From an uncultured archaeon (GTDB lineage: Archaea > Asgardarchaeota > Lokiarchaeia > Sigyniarchaeales > SOKP01), in assembly GCA_964486045.1 (NCBI GenBank), contig CAZALK010000017.1, forward strand, positions 56,312 through 120,311: DNA of 64,000 nucleotides. Reading direction: 5' to 3'. A program made the translations under genes and the position numbers. This document shows positions 20,262 through 30,763 of the stretch, piece after piece (within the stretch, counting starts at the first letter, position 1; each line of letters starts with the position of its first letter). The notes under the pieces are model-generated. The model was not told the origin of the DNA and ran no database searches. It saw only the letters and a program-made list of their open reading frames with translations.

Positions 20262-22604
20262 GTGGAATCTTACATGAAAAACGTCAAAATAAAAAAAACC
20301 TTTATGTTTCTCTTTTTAGTATCACCAATTTTATTATATTTTATTAGCTCATCTGTTGCGGAATCTAACAATCTATCTAATTTACCTGTTGATTTTACGA
20401 CGTGGGATGAGGGAATGGATGCTCCAGGGCATGATGATCCCACAATATGGGTTAATAGTCATTATATGCAAAATTTTACACCGTTAGCATATCAGACGAT
20501 TAAGAGTAAAATTGAAGGGGATATATTATATACTCATTATTCTTTTGGCAATAAATTTATTGGACCAATTGCTACGTTCAATATTTCTGAAATTACATCT
20601 GGAAATTTAATGGGTGAACCAAAAATTACAAGTATTTGGAAAGTCATTGAAGGAATGATAGGAACTGGAGTTTCGGATTTTGATGTTTTGAACGGACATC
20701 TTGTTGCACCATATTTTAAAAGTCCCGACTGGAATATTGAATTTTTTGAAAAACAAGGAGCTCAACTCATTTCTGTAGCAAATTTAACAAAGGGTGGTCC
20801 CACAAACCCCAGTGGTCCTTGGGCAGATGCAACTTGGGCTCCAGAAACAATTTTAATTAATGGAGATGCAGTATACACAATCGATTTATTGGAATGGAAA
20901 TTTTATACAATAAATGCATCAAATTGGGATAATCCAACCTTCCATTCAAATTTTACAATGACCGGAAATCTCGAGATAAGTCTAGAAATGCAAAAGTATT
21001 ATTACAGATATTTTCAGAAATCAGGTAATTTAGGAATATTATTTAATGGTTTAGATAAAATCAAACTTTTTGATTTTACAGACATGTGGAATGTTAGTGA
21101 AATAACGCCCTCTTTTAATATATCTTCTCAAGTTTTTGATGCAGTTCTAAAGGATGATAGATTATATATCGCAGCGGGTCAAGATGGAGTGTTTACTTAT
21201 AATATTAGTGATCCTACTAATATTACCTTGTTAAATCATTATAATAAAGATAATTCCGTTACAATAGATATATCTTCTGTTAGTGCCTATAATGACACTT
21301 CAATATTTATTGGAGATTTAAGCGGTAAAGTTTCTTTAATTGATATTCCTGATTTAGGTTTAGTGAAAGAAATCTCTGAATTAAATGGTTATTCGTCCAT
21401 CTCTTTAACACAAGATAAATTAAACGATCTATTATTTGTTGGAACTGATGGATATGGTGAATTTATCTATAATATATCTAATGTACACAATCTAGCGTAT
21501 ATTACACGAACAATGGAAACTGACGAAGGTATAGCAGATAGTAAGGAATTTCAAGAGTTTACTGCAGATTGGGCTATGTGGGGAGGAAGTGATCCTACTC
21601 GAACCAATGTTCCATTTTTAGATTTCATCATTCACTTTAATTCACTTGATACTGAAAATAGTACTCGTAATTTTAGAGCTAACATAAAACCTGTTTATTT
21701 CTTACTATATAATGACACAAACTTTGATAATAGATTAACTATAAATGTAACACAGGATAAAAATATTCCTTCCTTAGTTCGTGAAACAACTTTAGTTGAT
21801 GAGATATTTGCAATTCCCAATGGAAAATGTGGAAATTTCAATTATACAGACCCATTATTACTGAATGTCAACGGGATTCCAACAATGTACTCTTCATTCA
21901 CCATATATAATTATACTCTTAGTGCATTACAACAAGACTCATGGAATACTGTTGATGAAATAATAATGCCCAAACCAATAAATTGGGTAAATAATATTTC
22001 AAAAAATATAACTTTTGATTTAGCATTTGGAATGTGGTTAAGTTATTCCGAAGGCAATTACTTACTAAAAATTGATTATAATTTTACTAATTGGGACACA
22101 TCATCATTTAGTTCCTTGCCGTCTCGATTGAAATTGTTTTCAGGAATGAGTTCTGCAATGCAAATTAGTATGATGGAGGGTGCCTATCCTCCAATATATT
22201 CTAAAGTAACAAATGATTCAGCATCCCAAGAATTTGAATGGGGAGGTAGTTTAGTATTGGTTTCAGAAATGGCAGAAGAATATGAAAAAATCAATGCAAC
22301 TGGAAAACAAATTCTACAAGCTGATAGAACGGCAATCCCTGCATATTTTGAACCAGGATCTCAAAAAATTATGGGAGATTCTCAACATATTTATAAGTGG
22401 GTATTAGGAGCAAGTTTTGATATTGATAATTCAACCACGAGTATTATTTATGATCCAGAGACGACATTTATTACAAAAATCTCTCATCATGTTAATAATA
22501 CTGATAATTTAGAAATTCCTGGATACAATATATTATTACTTTTAGGGATGGTATCAACTATTACTGTAATAATCATCAAAAAAAGGTTAAATAGTTTACA
22601 TTAA
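20262..22604 (+). CDS. Secreted beta-propeller (LVIVD-like) surface protein with C-terminal IPGY-TM-KK sorting signal (Loki-CTERM/PGF-CTERM-like)
   Basis: Signal peptide; repeats such as LYIAAGQDGVFTYNISDP; ends EIPGYNILLLLGMVSTITVIIIKKR. Confidence 0.7.
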   Translation: MESYMKNVKIKKTFMFLFLVSPILLYFISSSVAESNNLSNLPVDFTTWDEGMDAPGHDDPTIWVNSHYMQNFTPLAYQTIKSKIEGDILYTHYSFGNKFIGPIATFNISEITSGNLMGEPKITSIWKVIEGMIGTGVSDFDVLNGHLVAPYFKSPDWNIEFFEKQGAQLISVANLTKGGPTNPSGPWADATWAPETILINGDAVYTIDLLEWKFYTINASNWDNPTFHSNFTMTGNLEISLEMQKYYYRYFQKSGNLGILFNGLDKIKLFDFTDMWNVSEITPSFNISSQVFDAVLKDDRLYIAAGQDGVFTYNISDPTNITLLNHYNKDNSVTIDISSVSAYNDTSIFIGDLSGKVSLIDIPDLGLVKEISELNGYSSISLTQDKLNDLLFVGTDGYGEFIYNISNVHNLAYITRTMETDEGIADSKEFQEFTADWAMWGGSDPTRTNVPFLDFIIHFNSLDTENSTRNFRANIKPVYFLLYNDTNFDNRLTINVTQDKNIPSLVRETTLVDEIFAIPNGKCGNFNYTDPLLLNVNGIPTMYSSFTIYNYTLSALQQDSWNTVDEIIMPKPINWVNNISKNITFDLAFGMWLSYSEGNYLLKIDYNFTNWDTSSFSSLPSRLKLFSGMSSAMQISMMEGAYPPIYSKVTNDSASQEFEWGGSLVLVSEMAEEYEKINATGKQILQADRTAIPAYFEPGSQKIMGDSQHIYKWVLGASFDIDNSTTSIIYDPETTFITKISHHVNNTDNLEIPGYNILLLLGMVSTITVIIIKKRLNSLH

Positions 22605-22727
22605 AACATTTTTGCTATATCCCTTCACTTTTGAATAGTATCCACACGAAAATTACAGTGAGTTTTTTCATCTTATCAATCGTTAAAAATCCAACCACAT
22701 ATATTTTTGGCTAATGTACTTTTTAAT

Positions 22728-22787
22728 TTAGATTATCCTAATAAATCTGATATGAGCAGACTAACTACTACCAGAAGACCCCGGTAA
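22728..22787 (+). repeat. Diverged duplicate of the nadB 3' end (copy 2)
   Basis: Translates LDYPNKSDMSRLTTTRRPR* versus nadB LDYPEKSEMSRLTTLRRPW*. Confidence 0.85.
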
Positions 22788-22951
22788 ATATTACTGTAAA
22801 AGTTCACAGGTAGCAAAAAACCTTTCAAAAAGGAAAAAAATTGTCCAATTTTCTAGTTCAAATCTTTTTCTTAATTTTATGAAAAAAAATTATAGATTAG
22901 AATAAATTTTTATGTGATAATGAACAGTCTAATCTTAAATTAAATGCCAGA

Positions 22952-23764
22952 TTGAATTTTACCTTGAGTATTGGAAAAAGCATTAGAATTGAACGTTTTT
23001 TTGATCGGAAAACCAAAAGAACAATCATGATACCTATGGATCATGGTTTAACGGTTGGAACAATTAAAGGTTTAGAAGATATCGCCGATATGGTAGATAA
23101 AGTTGCCTTAGGAGGTGCTAATGCAGTATTAATGCATTCTGGTATGGTAGGTACGGGTCATAGACAATATGGGAAGGATATCGGGTTAATTATACATTTA
23201 TCTGCCGCTACTGATTTAGCACCAGATCCGAATCGAAAAGTATTAGTTTGTTCTGTCGAAAGAGCTTTAAAATTAGGGGCAGATGGTGTTTCAATTCATA
23301 TCAATATTGGTGCTGATGAAGAACCTGAGATGCTTCAAGATGCAAGTATGGTTGTAGAGGCATCTAGGAAATGGGGTGTTCCGTTAATAGCAATGATGTA
23401 CCCCAGGGGTAAAAAGATCAAAGATGAAAACGATCCTGAAGTAGTCAATATTGCTGCCAGGGCTGGTGCAGAACTTGGAGCGGATATAGTTAAGACAAAC
23501 TACACAGGAGATATTGATTCATTTAAAGAAATTATAAAAGGTGTATATATTCCAGTCATAATCGCAGGAGGGCCAAAAATGAATACTATTCCGGAAGTAT
23601 TAGAGATGGTTTATGATTCTATCCAAGCTGGTGGTTCTGGTGTCGCTTTCGGAAGGAATGTTTTTCAATCTGATGATCCAACCAAAACTGTTATTGCCAT
23701 TTCTAAAATAGTACATAAAAACTATACTGTTGAAGAAGTATTAAAAGAACACGAGTTTAATTAA
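22952..23764 (+). CDS. 2-amino-3,7-dideoxy-D-threo-hept-6-ulosonate synthase / DhnA-type class I aldolase
   Basis: [36 protein letters not shown]; true start may be TTG at 22964. Confidence 0.85.
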   Translation: MNFTLSIGKSIRIERFFDRKTKRTIMIPMDHGLTVGTIKGLEDIADMVDKVALGGANAVLMHSGMVGTGHRQYGKDIGLIIHLSAATDLAPDPNRKVLVCSVERALKLGADGVSIHINIGADEEPEMLQDASMVVEASRKWGVPLIAMMYPRGKKIKDENDPEVVNIAARAGAELGADIVKTNYTGDIDSFKEIIKGVYIPVIIAGGPKMNTIPEVLEMVYDSIQAGGSGVAFGRNVFQSDDPTKTVIAISKIVHKNYTVEEVLKEHEFN

Positions 23765-23786
23765 AAATAAATGAAATTTAAATAAC

Positions 23787-25037
23787 ATGAATTTCAAAAA
23801 AATTTATCCACTTTTTCTAAACCTTATAGAAAATCAGAATGAGAAATCTCCGAAAAAAAAGAAAGAGTTCAGAACAATAATCTCTTTTAAAAACATATCA
23901 CAAAGGAATAAATTCATTTCAAAAAACAAAACTCTTAAGATTCTAAATAAATTTGATTTTATCCCTGCTTTTTCTGCATATTTAAAAAAGGAACAAATCC
24001 TAAAGTTCGATAAAGAGGATTCAATAAAACAAATCGAAGGAGATCAAAGACTTTTCTTATCTCTATTAGAAGTAAATGAAATTTTAGAGTTAGATAAATA
24101 TAAAAAATCTCAAATCTCATATACAGGTAAAAATGTTAAAGTCGGTATTATCGATAATGGAATTAATAACAATTTTCAATCAATTTCTAATGTGTCAAGA
24201 CTCCAGATTAGTAATGGTGTTAGTATTAATAACGAAATCACTCACGGAACATTAATGGCAGGTATAATAGCAAATCAATTTAAAAATATTGAAAACAATT
24301 TTATTGGGATTGCTCCAGATGTAACATTTATAGATTTTGATATATCTAGCTCTACAAAAGATTATTATATTTCTCAAATTTTAGAGGTTTTTGATTCGAT
24401 TACTAATGAAAATATCCATATTGACGTTCTTTTAATATCCTTAACTACTTCGGATCCATCTGATGGTAATGATATCCTATCATTAGCGTGTAATACGTTA
24501 GTTGATCACGGAATTACGATTGTGAGCCCAGTTGGTAATTATGGTCCAGAACCTTGCACTATCGGGAGTCCAAGTGCAGCTAGTAAAGTTATCTCTTTTG
24601 GTGCTGTTACCAAAGATTTTTTGATAAATCAGTTTAGCGGAAAAGGTCCCACAATCGATGATCGATTGAAACCAGATTTTAGTTTACCTGGTTCTGATGT
24701 TAAAATTCCTTTATCAGATGATTTAGCGGTAGTAGTTACGGGTACTAGCGTCGCTGCTGCAATTGGGACAGGTTTAATAGCAATAATTAAAGAATTTAAT
24801 ACTGATTATACCTATAATGCGTTATTTGAAATCTTAAAAAACTCCTGTAGAGATCTAAACTTGGATAAGTTTTCCCAAGGATACGGTATGCCAAACATAG
24901 TAGAAATCTTTAAGAAGATGAATCTTTTTCATGAAAAGATACTACCTTATAATTTTTTAGTTAAAAAATCAGTAAAGATTGCAATAGAATTTACAGTCAT
25001 ATTCATTGTTATATATTTACTTTTCTTACTTTTTTAG
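23787..25037 (+). CDS. S8 subtilisin-like serine protease with I9-like prodomain and C-terminal TM
   Basis: Triad motifs IIDNG, THGT, GTSVAA; KPDF; hydrophobic C-terminus. Confidence 0.8.
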   Translation: MNFKKIYPLFLNLIENQNEKSPKKKKEFRTIISFKNISQRNKFISKNKTLKILNKFDFIPAFSAYLKKEQILKFDKEDSIKQIEGDQRLFLSLLEVNEILELDKYKKSQISYTGKNVKVGIIDNGINNNFQSISNVSRLQISNGVSINNEITHGTLMAGIIANQFKNIENNFIGIAPDVTFIDFDISSSTKDYYISQILEVFDSITNENIHIDVLLISLTTSDPSDGNDILSLACNTLVDHGITIVSPVGNYGPEPCTIGSPSAASKVISFGAVTKDFLINQFSGKGPTIDDRLKPDFSLPGSDVKIPLSDDLAVVVTGTSVAAAIGTGLIAIIKEFNTDYTYNALFEILKNSCRDLNLDKFSQGYGMPNIVEIFKKMNLFHEKILPYNFLVKKSVKIAIEFTVIFIVIYLLFLLF

Positions 25038-25218
25038 AATTTTACAAATTAATTTTACGAATGTCCCATGAAACTAAATAAACAAACTCATATAAGAATA
25101 GATCATAGAGGGAATTGATATTTTCTTAATATTCCATGTAGCTTTACCTTTAATTTTTTCTGAGATACCTTCAATTAAGAAAACCCTTAGAAGCAAAATC
25201 TTAATTATCATTGGTGCA

Positions 25219-25635
25219 TTGTTACCAGACTTAATTGATAAACCATTATTCCTTCTTGGATTAGGTACGGGAAGACTCCTTTCTCATAATTTATTTTTCC
25301 TACTCATTTCTTTTTTGATTCTTTTTATATCTTCGAAAAAGAACCTTGAGATTTCAATTTCATTGTTAATCGGGATGGTTTTTCATTTAATTTTAGATTT
25401 ACCAGAGGTCCCCTTATTTTATCCTTTCGTTTCTTACAATTTTGGGATTACAGAAGAACCCCTATTCTATTGGATTAATAAATACTTTACCGATCCAGTT
25501 GTCCTTTTAACTGAAATTACGGGGATAGGAATTTTAATATACATCTTCGTAACAAACAAGTTATATCATCGATCAAAATTTAAAGAATACTTAAAAGGTA
25601 ACTTTAAACCCACCACCATAATTATAAAAGAATGA
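25219..25635 (+). CDS. Membrane metal-dependent hydrolase (YdjM-like); frame is open further upstream to ~25102
   Basis: LLPDLIDKP, SHNL, HLILD; upstream in-frame IFLIFHVALPL has no ATG/GTG/TTG start. Confidence 0.7.
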   Translation: MLPDLIDKPLFLLGLGTGRLLSHNLFFLLISFLILFISSKKNLEISISLLIGMVFHLILDLPEVPLFYPFVSYNFGITEEPLFYWINKYFTDPVVLLTEITGIGILIYIFVTNKLYHRSKFKEYLKGNFKPTTIIIKE

Positions 25636-25723
25636 TTTTTTTGTTTATAAAGCCTAAAATTGTCAATTTAATAAATTTGATGAGATATATTTTAAAAATA
25701 GGTAATTATTTTTCAATTGAATA

Positions 25724-26464
25724 ATGAGTAAAAATAAACTAATCCATGTAATAATTGATCACAGAGAAAACAAGCTCAAATCAATCTTAGATAAAAAAAA
25801 GGATAAGATAACCTATGAATCAAAACAACTAGATATAGCTGATATAGTTATATCGAGTGAAGTTGCTATTGAAAGGAAAGAGGGTTTCGACTTCGTAAGT
25901 TCAATTATGGATAACCGATTATTTGAACAATTATTACGTTTAAAAGACACTTATCAATATCCGATTTTAATCTTAGAAGGCTTAAACGATAATGTTTTTG
26001 AAAACACTGGTATGAAGATCTCATCAATATACGGGGCTCTTTCCTTTATTTCATATAAGTTAGGAATTTCAGTTATCCCCACTAGAAATTTGGAGGATAC
26101 TGCAATTGTAATTGAGCGAATAGCATACAGAGAGCAAGTCAAAGATAATATGCCCTTATTAAGTAGAAAGGCACCTAAAGAATTGTCAAAAAAAGAGAGG
26201 AGAACTTTTATTATTGAGGGTTTAGTTGATATAGGACCGAAAAAGGCTAAAGTTTTAATTGATAAATATAAAACCCCGCATCTCGTGTTTAAATCAATAA
26301 AACATACTGAAATTATTTATACTAAGACTGGAAATCCTAAGGGAATTCAAGGCCCCCTAGGTGATCTCACTGGATTTGGATGGAAATTTGTAGAAAAAAA
26401 TAAAAAAATTATCTTTGGAAAAAAAAAGAAAGGTCCGCAGAAAAAAATTATTGATGAATACTAA
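25724..26464 (+). CDS. ERCC4-domain (XPF-like) structure-specific nuclease with HhH
   Basis: IDHRE, ADIV...IERK..D...SIMDNRLFEQ, IGPKKA. Confidence 0.88.
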   Translation: MSKNKLIHVIIDHRENKLKSILDKKKDKITYESKQLDIADIVISSEVAIERKEGFDFVSSIMDNRLFEQLLRLKDTYQYPILILEGLNDNVFENTGMKISSIYGALSFISYKLGISVIPTRNLEDTAIVIERIAYREQVKDNMPLLSRKAPKELSKKERRTFIIEGLVDIGPKKAKVLIDKYKTPHLVFKSIKHTEIIYTKTGNPKGIQGPLGDLTGFGWKFVEKNKKIIFGKKKKGPQKKIIDEY

Positions 26465-26515
26465 AATATATTTTTATCCTAAATAATGTATAATCATCTA
26501 TTATTACATTAAAAA

Positions 26516-27376
26516 CTATGAATGAGAGTCTAACCACGATATAACGTCTTGAATCACTTTATCTCTGTTTAATTCATTAAAGAGTTCATGTCGACTTTCA
26601 GGATAAGTTTTGAGAGTAATATCTTTTATTCCAACATTTTGGTAACGTTCAACTAGAGCTGTTGCTCCTTCCTTACCTCCAACAGAGTCATCATTGCCTA
26701 CAAAGACATATACTTTTAATTCTTTAGGAATTTTTTCGTCATTTTTTGTATCTAAAAGTTTTTCCCATGAATCTCCTAGAATCTGTAATATACTAGGAGG
26801 AAGGGGGAATCCACATTGTGCATCGTCAATATATTTCTGAACCTCATTCTCATCTCGTGTTAGCCAATCAAATGGAGTTTTTGGGTTTTTTACTGTAAAA
26901 TTTAAGCCTAATCCCTCAGCCCCTACATCAGTTTCTGGAAATGGTGATCCTGTAGTTCCAGTTAAAAGAACACCTTGAAGTTTATCACCCCATTGTTGAA
27001 TATAATCTTGGCTTAAAAATGATCCCCAGCTATGACCTAATAAGAACACTGGAGCTCCAGCTTGTTCCTTTTTAATGATATCCGTCAAGGTAACTAATGC
27101 ATCAACTGTACCATTCCATCCTCTTGGACCAAGTTCGCCTAATTCTCCACATTTTTCCCCAGTTTTCCCATGTCCTCTATGATCATCAGCGTATACCACA
27201 TACCCTGCCTTAGTAAGGGCTTCAGCAAGATGAGTATATCGCTTTGCGTGTTCTGCCAATCCATGAGCAATTTGAACTACAGCCTTTGGATCCTCTTCCG
27301 GTAGCCATCTATAGACGAAAATATCAACCTCATCTTTATCTTTATACCAAAAAGTTTCGCTTTTCATATTCATCAC
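26516..27376 (-). CDS. Alpha/beta hydrolase (lysophospholipase-like)
   Basis: HGLAEH..RY, DHRGHG, GHSWG, RHELFNE. Confidence 0.9.
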   Translation of the reverse strand: MMNMKSETFWYKDKDEVDIFVYRWLPEEDPKAVVQIAHGLAEHAKRYTHLAEALTKAGYVVYADDHRGHGKTGEKCGELGELGPRGWNGTVDALVTLTDIIKKEQAGAPVFLLGHSWGSFLSQDYIQQWGDKLQGVLLTGTTGSPFPETDVGAEGLGLNFTVKNPKTPFDWLTRDENEVQKYIDDAQCGFPLPPSILQILGDSWEKLLDTKNDEKIPKELKVYVFVGNDDSVGGKEGATALVERYQNVGIKDITLKTYPESRHELFNELNRDKVIQDVISWLDSHS

Positions 27377-27414
27377 AACTAATTTGACATCTTCTCTAAT
27401 AAATAAGAAAGAAC

Positions 27415-28077
27415 TTAATTTATCGTTTTATTGTTATTTTTATATCGTCCAGGATATTCTGCTGCCCAAGTTTGCATTATTTCTTGATGGGGGGCGTCAT
27501 TATAAACACCGCGATCTTTAATATATTCAACAAACGGTTTTCCATCCATATTTGTAGCAGCAAAAAGTCCATCACGCTTTCCATCAAAATTAACAGCCGG
27601 AAAATTTTTTCTAAGACAAAGATCTTTATCAAAAGCACAGTTAGCCTCGACCCAACGACCATCCAAAAATAATTCTACAAATCCATGGAAAATAAAAAGG
27701 CTACTCCCCATATCTTTTTTAAGCCGTTCTGAAGTCATATGGTTAACGATATCAACAAAATGAAGTCTAGATGGTATCCCAACAGCTCTAGCTAATGATG
27801 CTAAAAGTATTGCTTTAGGAATGCAGAACGCGAAACCTGTTTCAAGAGTTAAGCTTGACTTCCAATTTTCTTTATTATAGGATTCACGAGTATTTCTTAC
27901 TGAATACCTTATCTGATCTCGCACAAAATAAAATAATTTTACAGCTTTACCAATATCATCATCTTCAGGTATGCCTTCAATTAATTCTTTTGCTTTCTTC
28001 TGAATTATCGGATGCTTAAAATCCAAGAAGAAAGTGGGTTTTAAGGTTTCCTCAAATTTACTGCTTTGACTTGTCAT
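27415..28077 (-). CDS. Transglutaminase-like protein
   Basis: FCIPKAILLASLARAVGIPSRL, HGFVE, W. Confidence 0.85.
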   Translation of the reverse strand: MTSQSSKFEETLKPTFFLDFKHPIIQKKAKELIEGIPEDDDIGKAVKLFYFVRDQIRYSVRNTRESYNKENWKSSLTLETGFAFCIPKAILLASLARAVGIPSRLHFVDIVNHMTSERLKKDMGSSLFIFHGFVELFLDGRWVEANCAFDKDLCLRKNFPAVNFDGKRDGLFAATNMDGKPFVEYIKDRGVYNDAPHQEIMQTWAAEYPGRYKNNNKTIN

Positions 28078-28223
28078 AATGTTGTTAAAGTTTGTTTTTT
28101 GTGTTGAGCTAAATAAATAACATTATTAATTTTATCATAAATTTATAAAAAATTTAAAAGTAACCTAGTTTTAAACCTTCCTAAATATTGTTACAAATCT
28201 CGTTTGGATATCCATGGGAATAT

Positions 28224-28571
28224 TTATTCTTCCTGTTTATAAGATTCAAAATCATAAGACCATTTTATGGAAGAATCACCCTCCTCTTTCTTAGATGCTT
28301 CAAGACCTTGATAAAATTCTCCATTATGATCTCGTAAATGAAATTTATGTCCACAATCTACACAGGTCGTGACTGTTTTTCTTAGCCAATACTGAGGGCT
28401 AGAGAAATCAAGCACCACCTTAACGATTTTATTTTCCTTTGTTTCTAAATAAGATTCGAAAGGTATCCGAAATCTTACAGAGTCACTACCACATTTAGGG
28501 CAATGACCGATTGAGGCTATGTATTTTACTTGTCTCATATCGATGCCGACTTTTTCTTTATTTTTTGTCAT
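28224..28571 (-). CDS. Zn-ribbon hypothetical protein
   Basis: CPKC...CVDC; ATG at 28571 avoids overlap with the upstream gene. Confidence 0.6.
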   Translation of the reverse strand: MTKNKEKVGIDMRQVKYIASIGHCPKCGSDSVRFRIPFESYLETKENKIVKVVLDFSSPQYWLRKTVTTCVDCGHKFHLRDHNGEFYQGLEASKKEEGDSSIKWSYDFESYKQEE

Positions 28572-28602
28572 TTTAATCACTCTAGGATTTTCATCTTGAA
28601 TT

Positions 28603-29847
28603 TTATAGATCTGTTGAATATTTTCTAAGAGAATTTTGAATGATAAGTAATTGTATATTTCTCGCTCCCCCAATTACTTCTTCGATTTTACTCGTATCCA
28701 TAAATTCATCGATAGGAGTATTATCAGTCACGGAAATTCCCCCCATTTGTTGTTGAACCTCATAACAAATCTCATTTGTTAATTTTGAAAGGAAATATTT
28801 ACCTTGGGAAGATACTCCTGCAGTCCATTTTTCAGCTTCCTTATTGGGTTTCTCAGCAAACAAGATTTTATCATCATAAATAGTTGCTGCTTGCAAAGCT
28901 AAAGAAGTAGCTGCTGATGTTTTCGATAATAAATCTGCCAAGCTAAACCCAACTCCTTGATATTTTATAATTGGCTGCCCAAATTGCTTACGTAAATTGC
29001 AATATATAATTCCATATGCAAGAGCCCCCCAACAAATCCCCAATCCACTCCCCATAATTCCTAAGCGTTCAGGAACAAGTCCCTCAAAGAGATTGTTATA
29101 TCCTTTACCATCATCTCCTAAGATATATTCAAAGGGCACTTTTACGTTGTTTAAAAATGTATGACTGATTTCGACACGGGGAACTGCATTAATTTTTAAT
29201 CTTTTAGTTTTTACACCCATATCTCTTTTTATCATTGCTTGGACCATTGTCCCCCTCGGATTTGATACTGAATACACACCATAACACACAAAATAATCAG
29301 CTACAGCTCCGTTAGTTGTATAAACTTTCTCTCCGTTAAATATAATTCCATCATCTACTTTGGTGCATGTTGTCTCCAGATTTACCGCATCAGATCCTCT
29401 TTCAGGTTCTGTTATCCCAATGCACCCTACTGCCTGTCCACTCATTAATTCATCTTGAACTTTAAGTATCTCTTCAGTTTCACCATGTCGAAAAGTTGGA
29501 TTTCCACACAAAATACCACTAGCTACTCTCGCTAAGTCTAATTGAGGGTCGCAACAACTCATTATAGAAGCAAGAAGTACTTCTTTTTTCATTCCATAAG
29601 GGATAAAATCTTTCCATTTATTAATTCTCTGCATATATCCATTTTTTCCTAACTCTGGAAAGAGAACATAAACATCTTTTGATTTATCTATTTTGGGGTG
29701 CAGATCAATACAAAAATCTTCAAGCTTTTCACAATACTCACGCTCTTCATCACTCAACATTGGAAAAACATTGGCATTAAATATCTTATACACATTTTCT
29801 AAACTCATTTTTTCCAAAATATCATCGTTAATAATTTTTTCTTGCAT
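28603..29847 (-). CDS. Acyl-CoA dehydrogenase
   Basis: ITEPERGSD, GEKVYTTNG, RKQFGQPI, QMGG. Confidence 0.9.
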   Translation of the reverse strand: MQEKIINDDILEKMSLENVYKIFNANVFPMLSDEEREYCEKLEDFCIDLHPKIDKSKDVYVLFPELGKNGYMQRINKWKDFIPYGMKKEVLLASIMSCCDPQLDLARVASGILCGNPTFRHGETEEILKVQDELMSGQAVGCIGITEPERGSDAVNLETTCTKVDDGIIFNGEKVYTTNGAVADYFVCYGVYSVSNPRGTMVQAMIKRDMGVKTKRLKINAVPRVEISHTFLNNVKVPFEYILGDDGKGYNNLFEGLVPERLGIMGSGLGICWGALAYGIIYCNLRKQFGQPIIKYQGVGFSLADLLSKTSAATSLALQAATIYDDKILFAEKPNKEAEKWTAGVSSQGKYFLSKLTNEICYEVQQQMGGISVTDNTPIDEFMDTSKIEEVIGGARNIQLLIIQNSLRKYSTDL

Positions 29848-29982
29848 GCTGAATCTCGTTAAGAGGTTTTAATTTAATTGAATGCTCAATTGTAATTAAA
29901 TTTTAAAGATTGATTCAATAAATTCTATTTTTTCGATAAAAATCTTATAAATTCATATATAAAAATTAAGAATTTAATAAAA

Positions 29983-30747
29983 TTAGTTATTAGTGATTAT
30001 TGACTCGATAATTTTACCATCTCGCATTTTCAACAATCTTTCAGCGAGGGCTCCAACCATGGGGTCATGTGTGACCATTAAGATTGTTTGATTAAGCTCT
30101 TTATTAAGGTCTCGTAATAATTTAATTATTTCCATACCTCGAGCCGTATCCAACTCTCCTGTAGGTTCGTCGGCAATTAAAATGGATGGTTCATTGGATA
30201 ATGAACGGGCAATAGCAACTCTCTGTTGCTCACCACCTGAAAGTTCTGAAGGTAGATGGTTTTTTTTTTCATTTAAACCAACAAGATCAAGAAGTCTATT
30301 AACAGTGTCTGCTCTTTCCTTATCTGATTTTCCTGCAAATAGCATTGGTAATTCTACATTTTCATAAGCAGAGAGAACTGGTACTAAATTATAAAATTGA
30401 AAAATAAATCCTATCTCCTTAAGCCTTAAATTAGTTCGTTGTTCATCATTCATATGAGCAACGTTGGTTCTATTGATATACACAGCACCACTCGTAGGAT
30501 TATCTAATGCTCCTATCATATTTAAAAGTGTTGTTTTTCCGGACCCTGATGGACCCATTACGGAAACAAATTCTCCTTTCTTAACATCCAAACTTACTCC
30601 ATTTAAGGCTTTAACTTCAATTCCTTCAGTTATGTTATATACTTTTTTTAAATCAAATACTTGAATCATTGCATCTTGATCCAGATTATAATCCTTCATT
30701 TCCTGCGAAATTAGCTCTTGTTTCTTGCTTTTTTTACTTTTTCTCAT
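29983..30747 (-). CDS. ABC ATP-binding protein (LolD/MacB type)
   Basis: GPSGSGKT, LSGGEQQR, ADEPTG. Confidence 0.93.
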   Translation of the reverse strand: MRKSKKSKKQELISQEMKDYNLDQDAMIQVFDLKKVYNITEGIEVKALNGVSLDVKKGEFVSVMGPSGSGKTTLLNMIGALDNPTSGAVYINRTNVAHMNDEQRTNLRLKEIGFIFQFYNLVPVLSAYENVELPMLFAGKSDKERADTVNRLLDLVGLNEKKNHLPSELSGGEQQRVAIARSLSNEPSILIADEPTGELDTARGMEIIKLLRDLNKELNQTILMVTHDPMVGALAERLLKMRDGKIIESIITNN

Positions 30748-30763
30748 TTTTCCACCATCTCTG

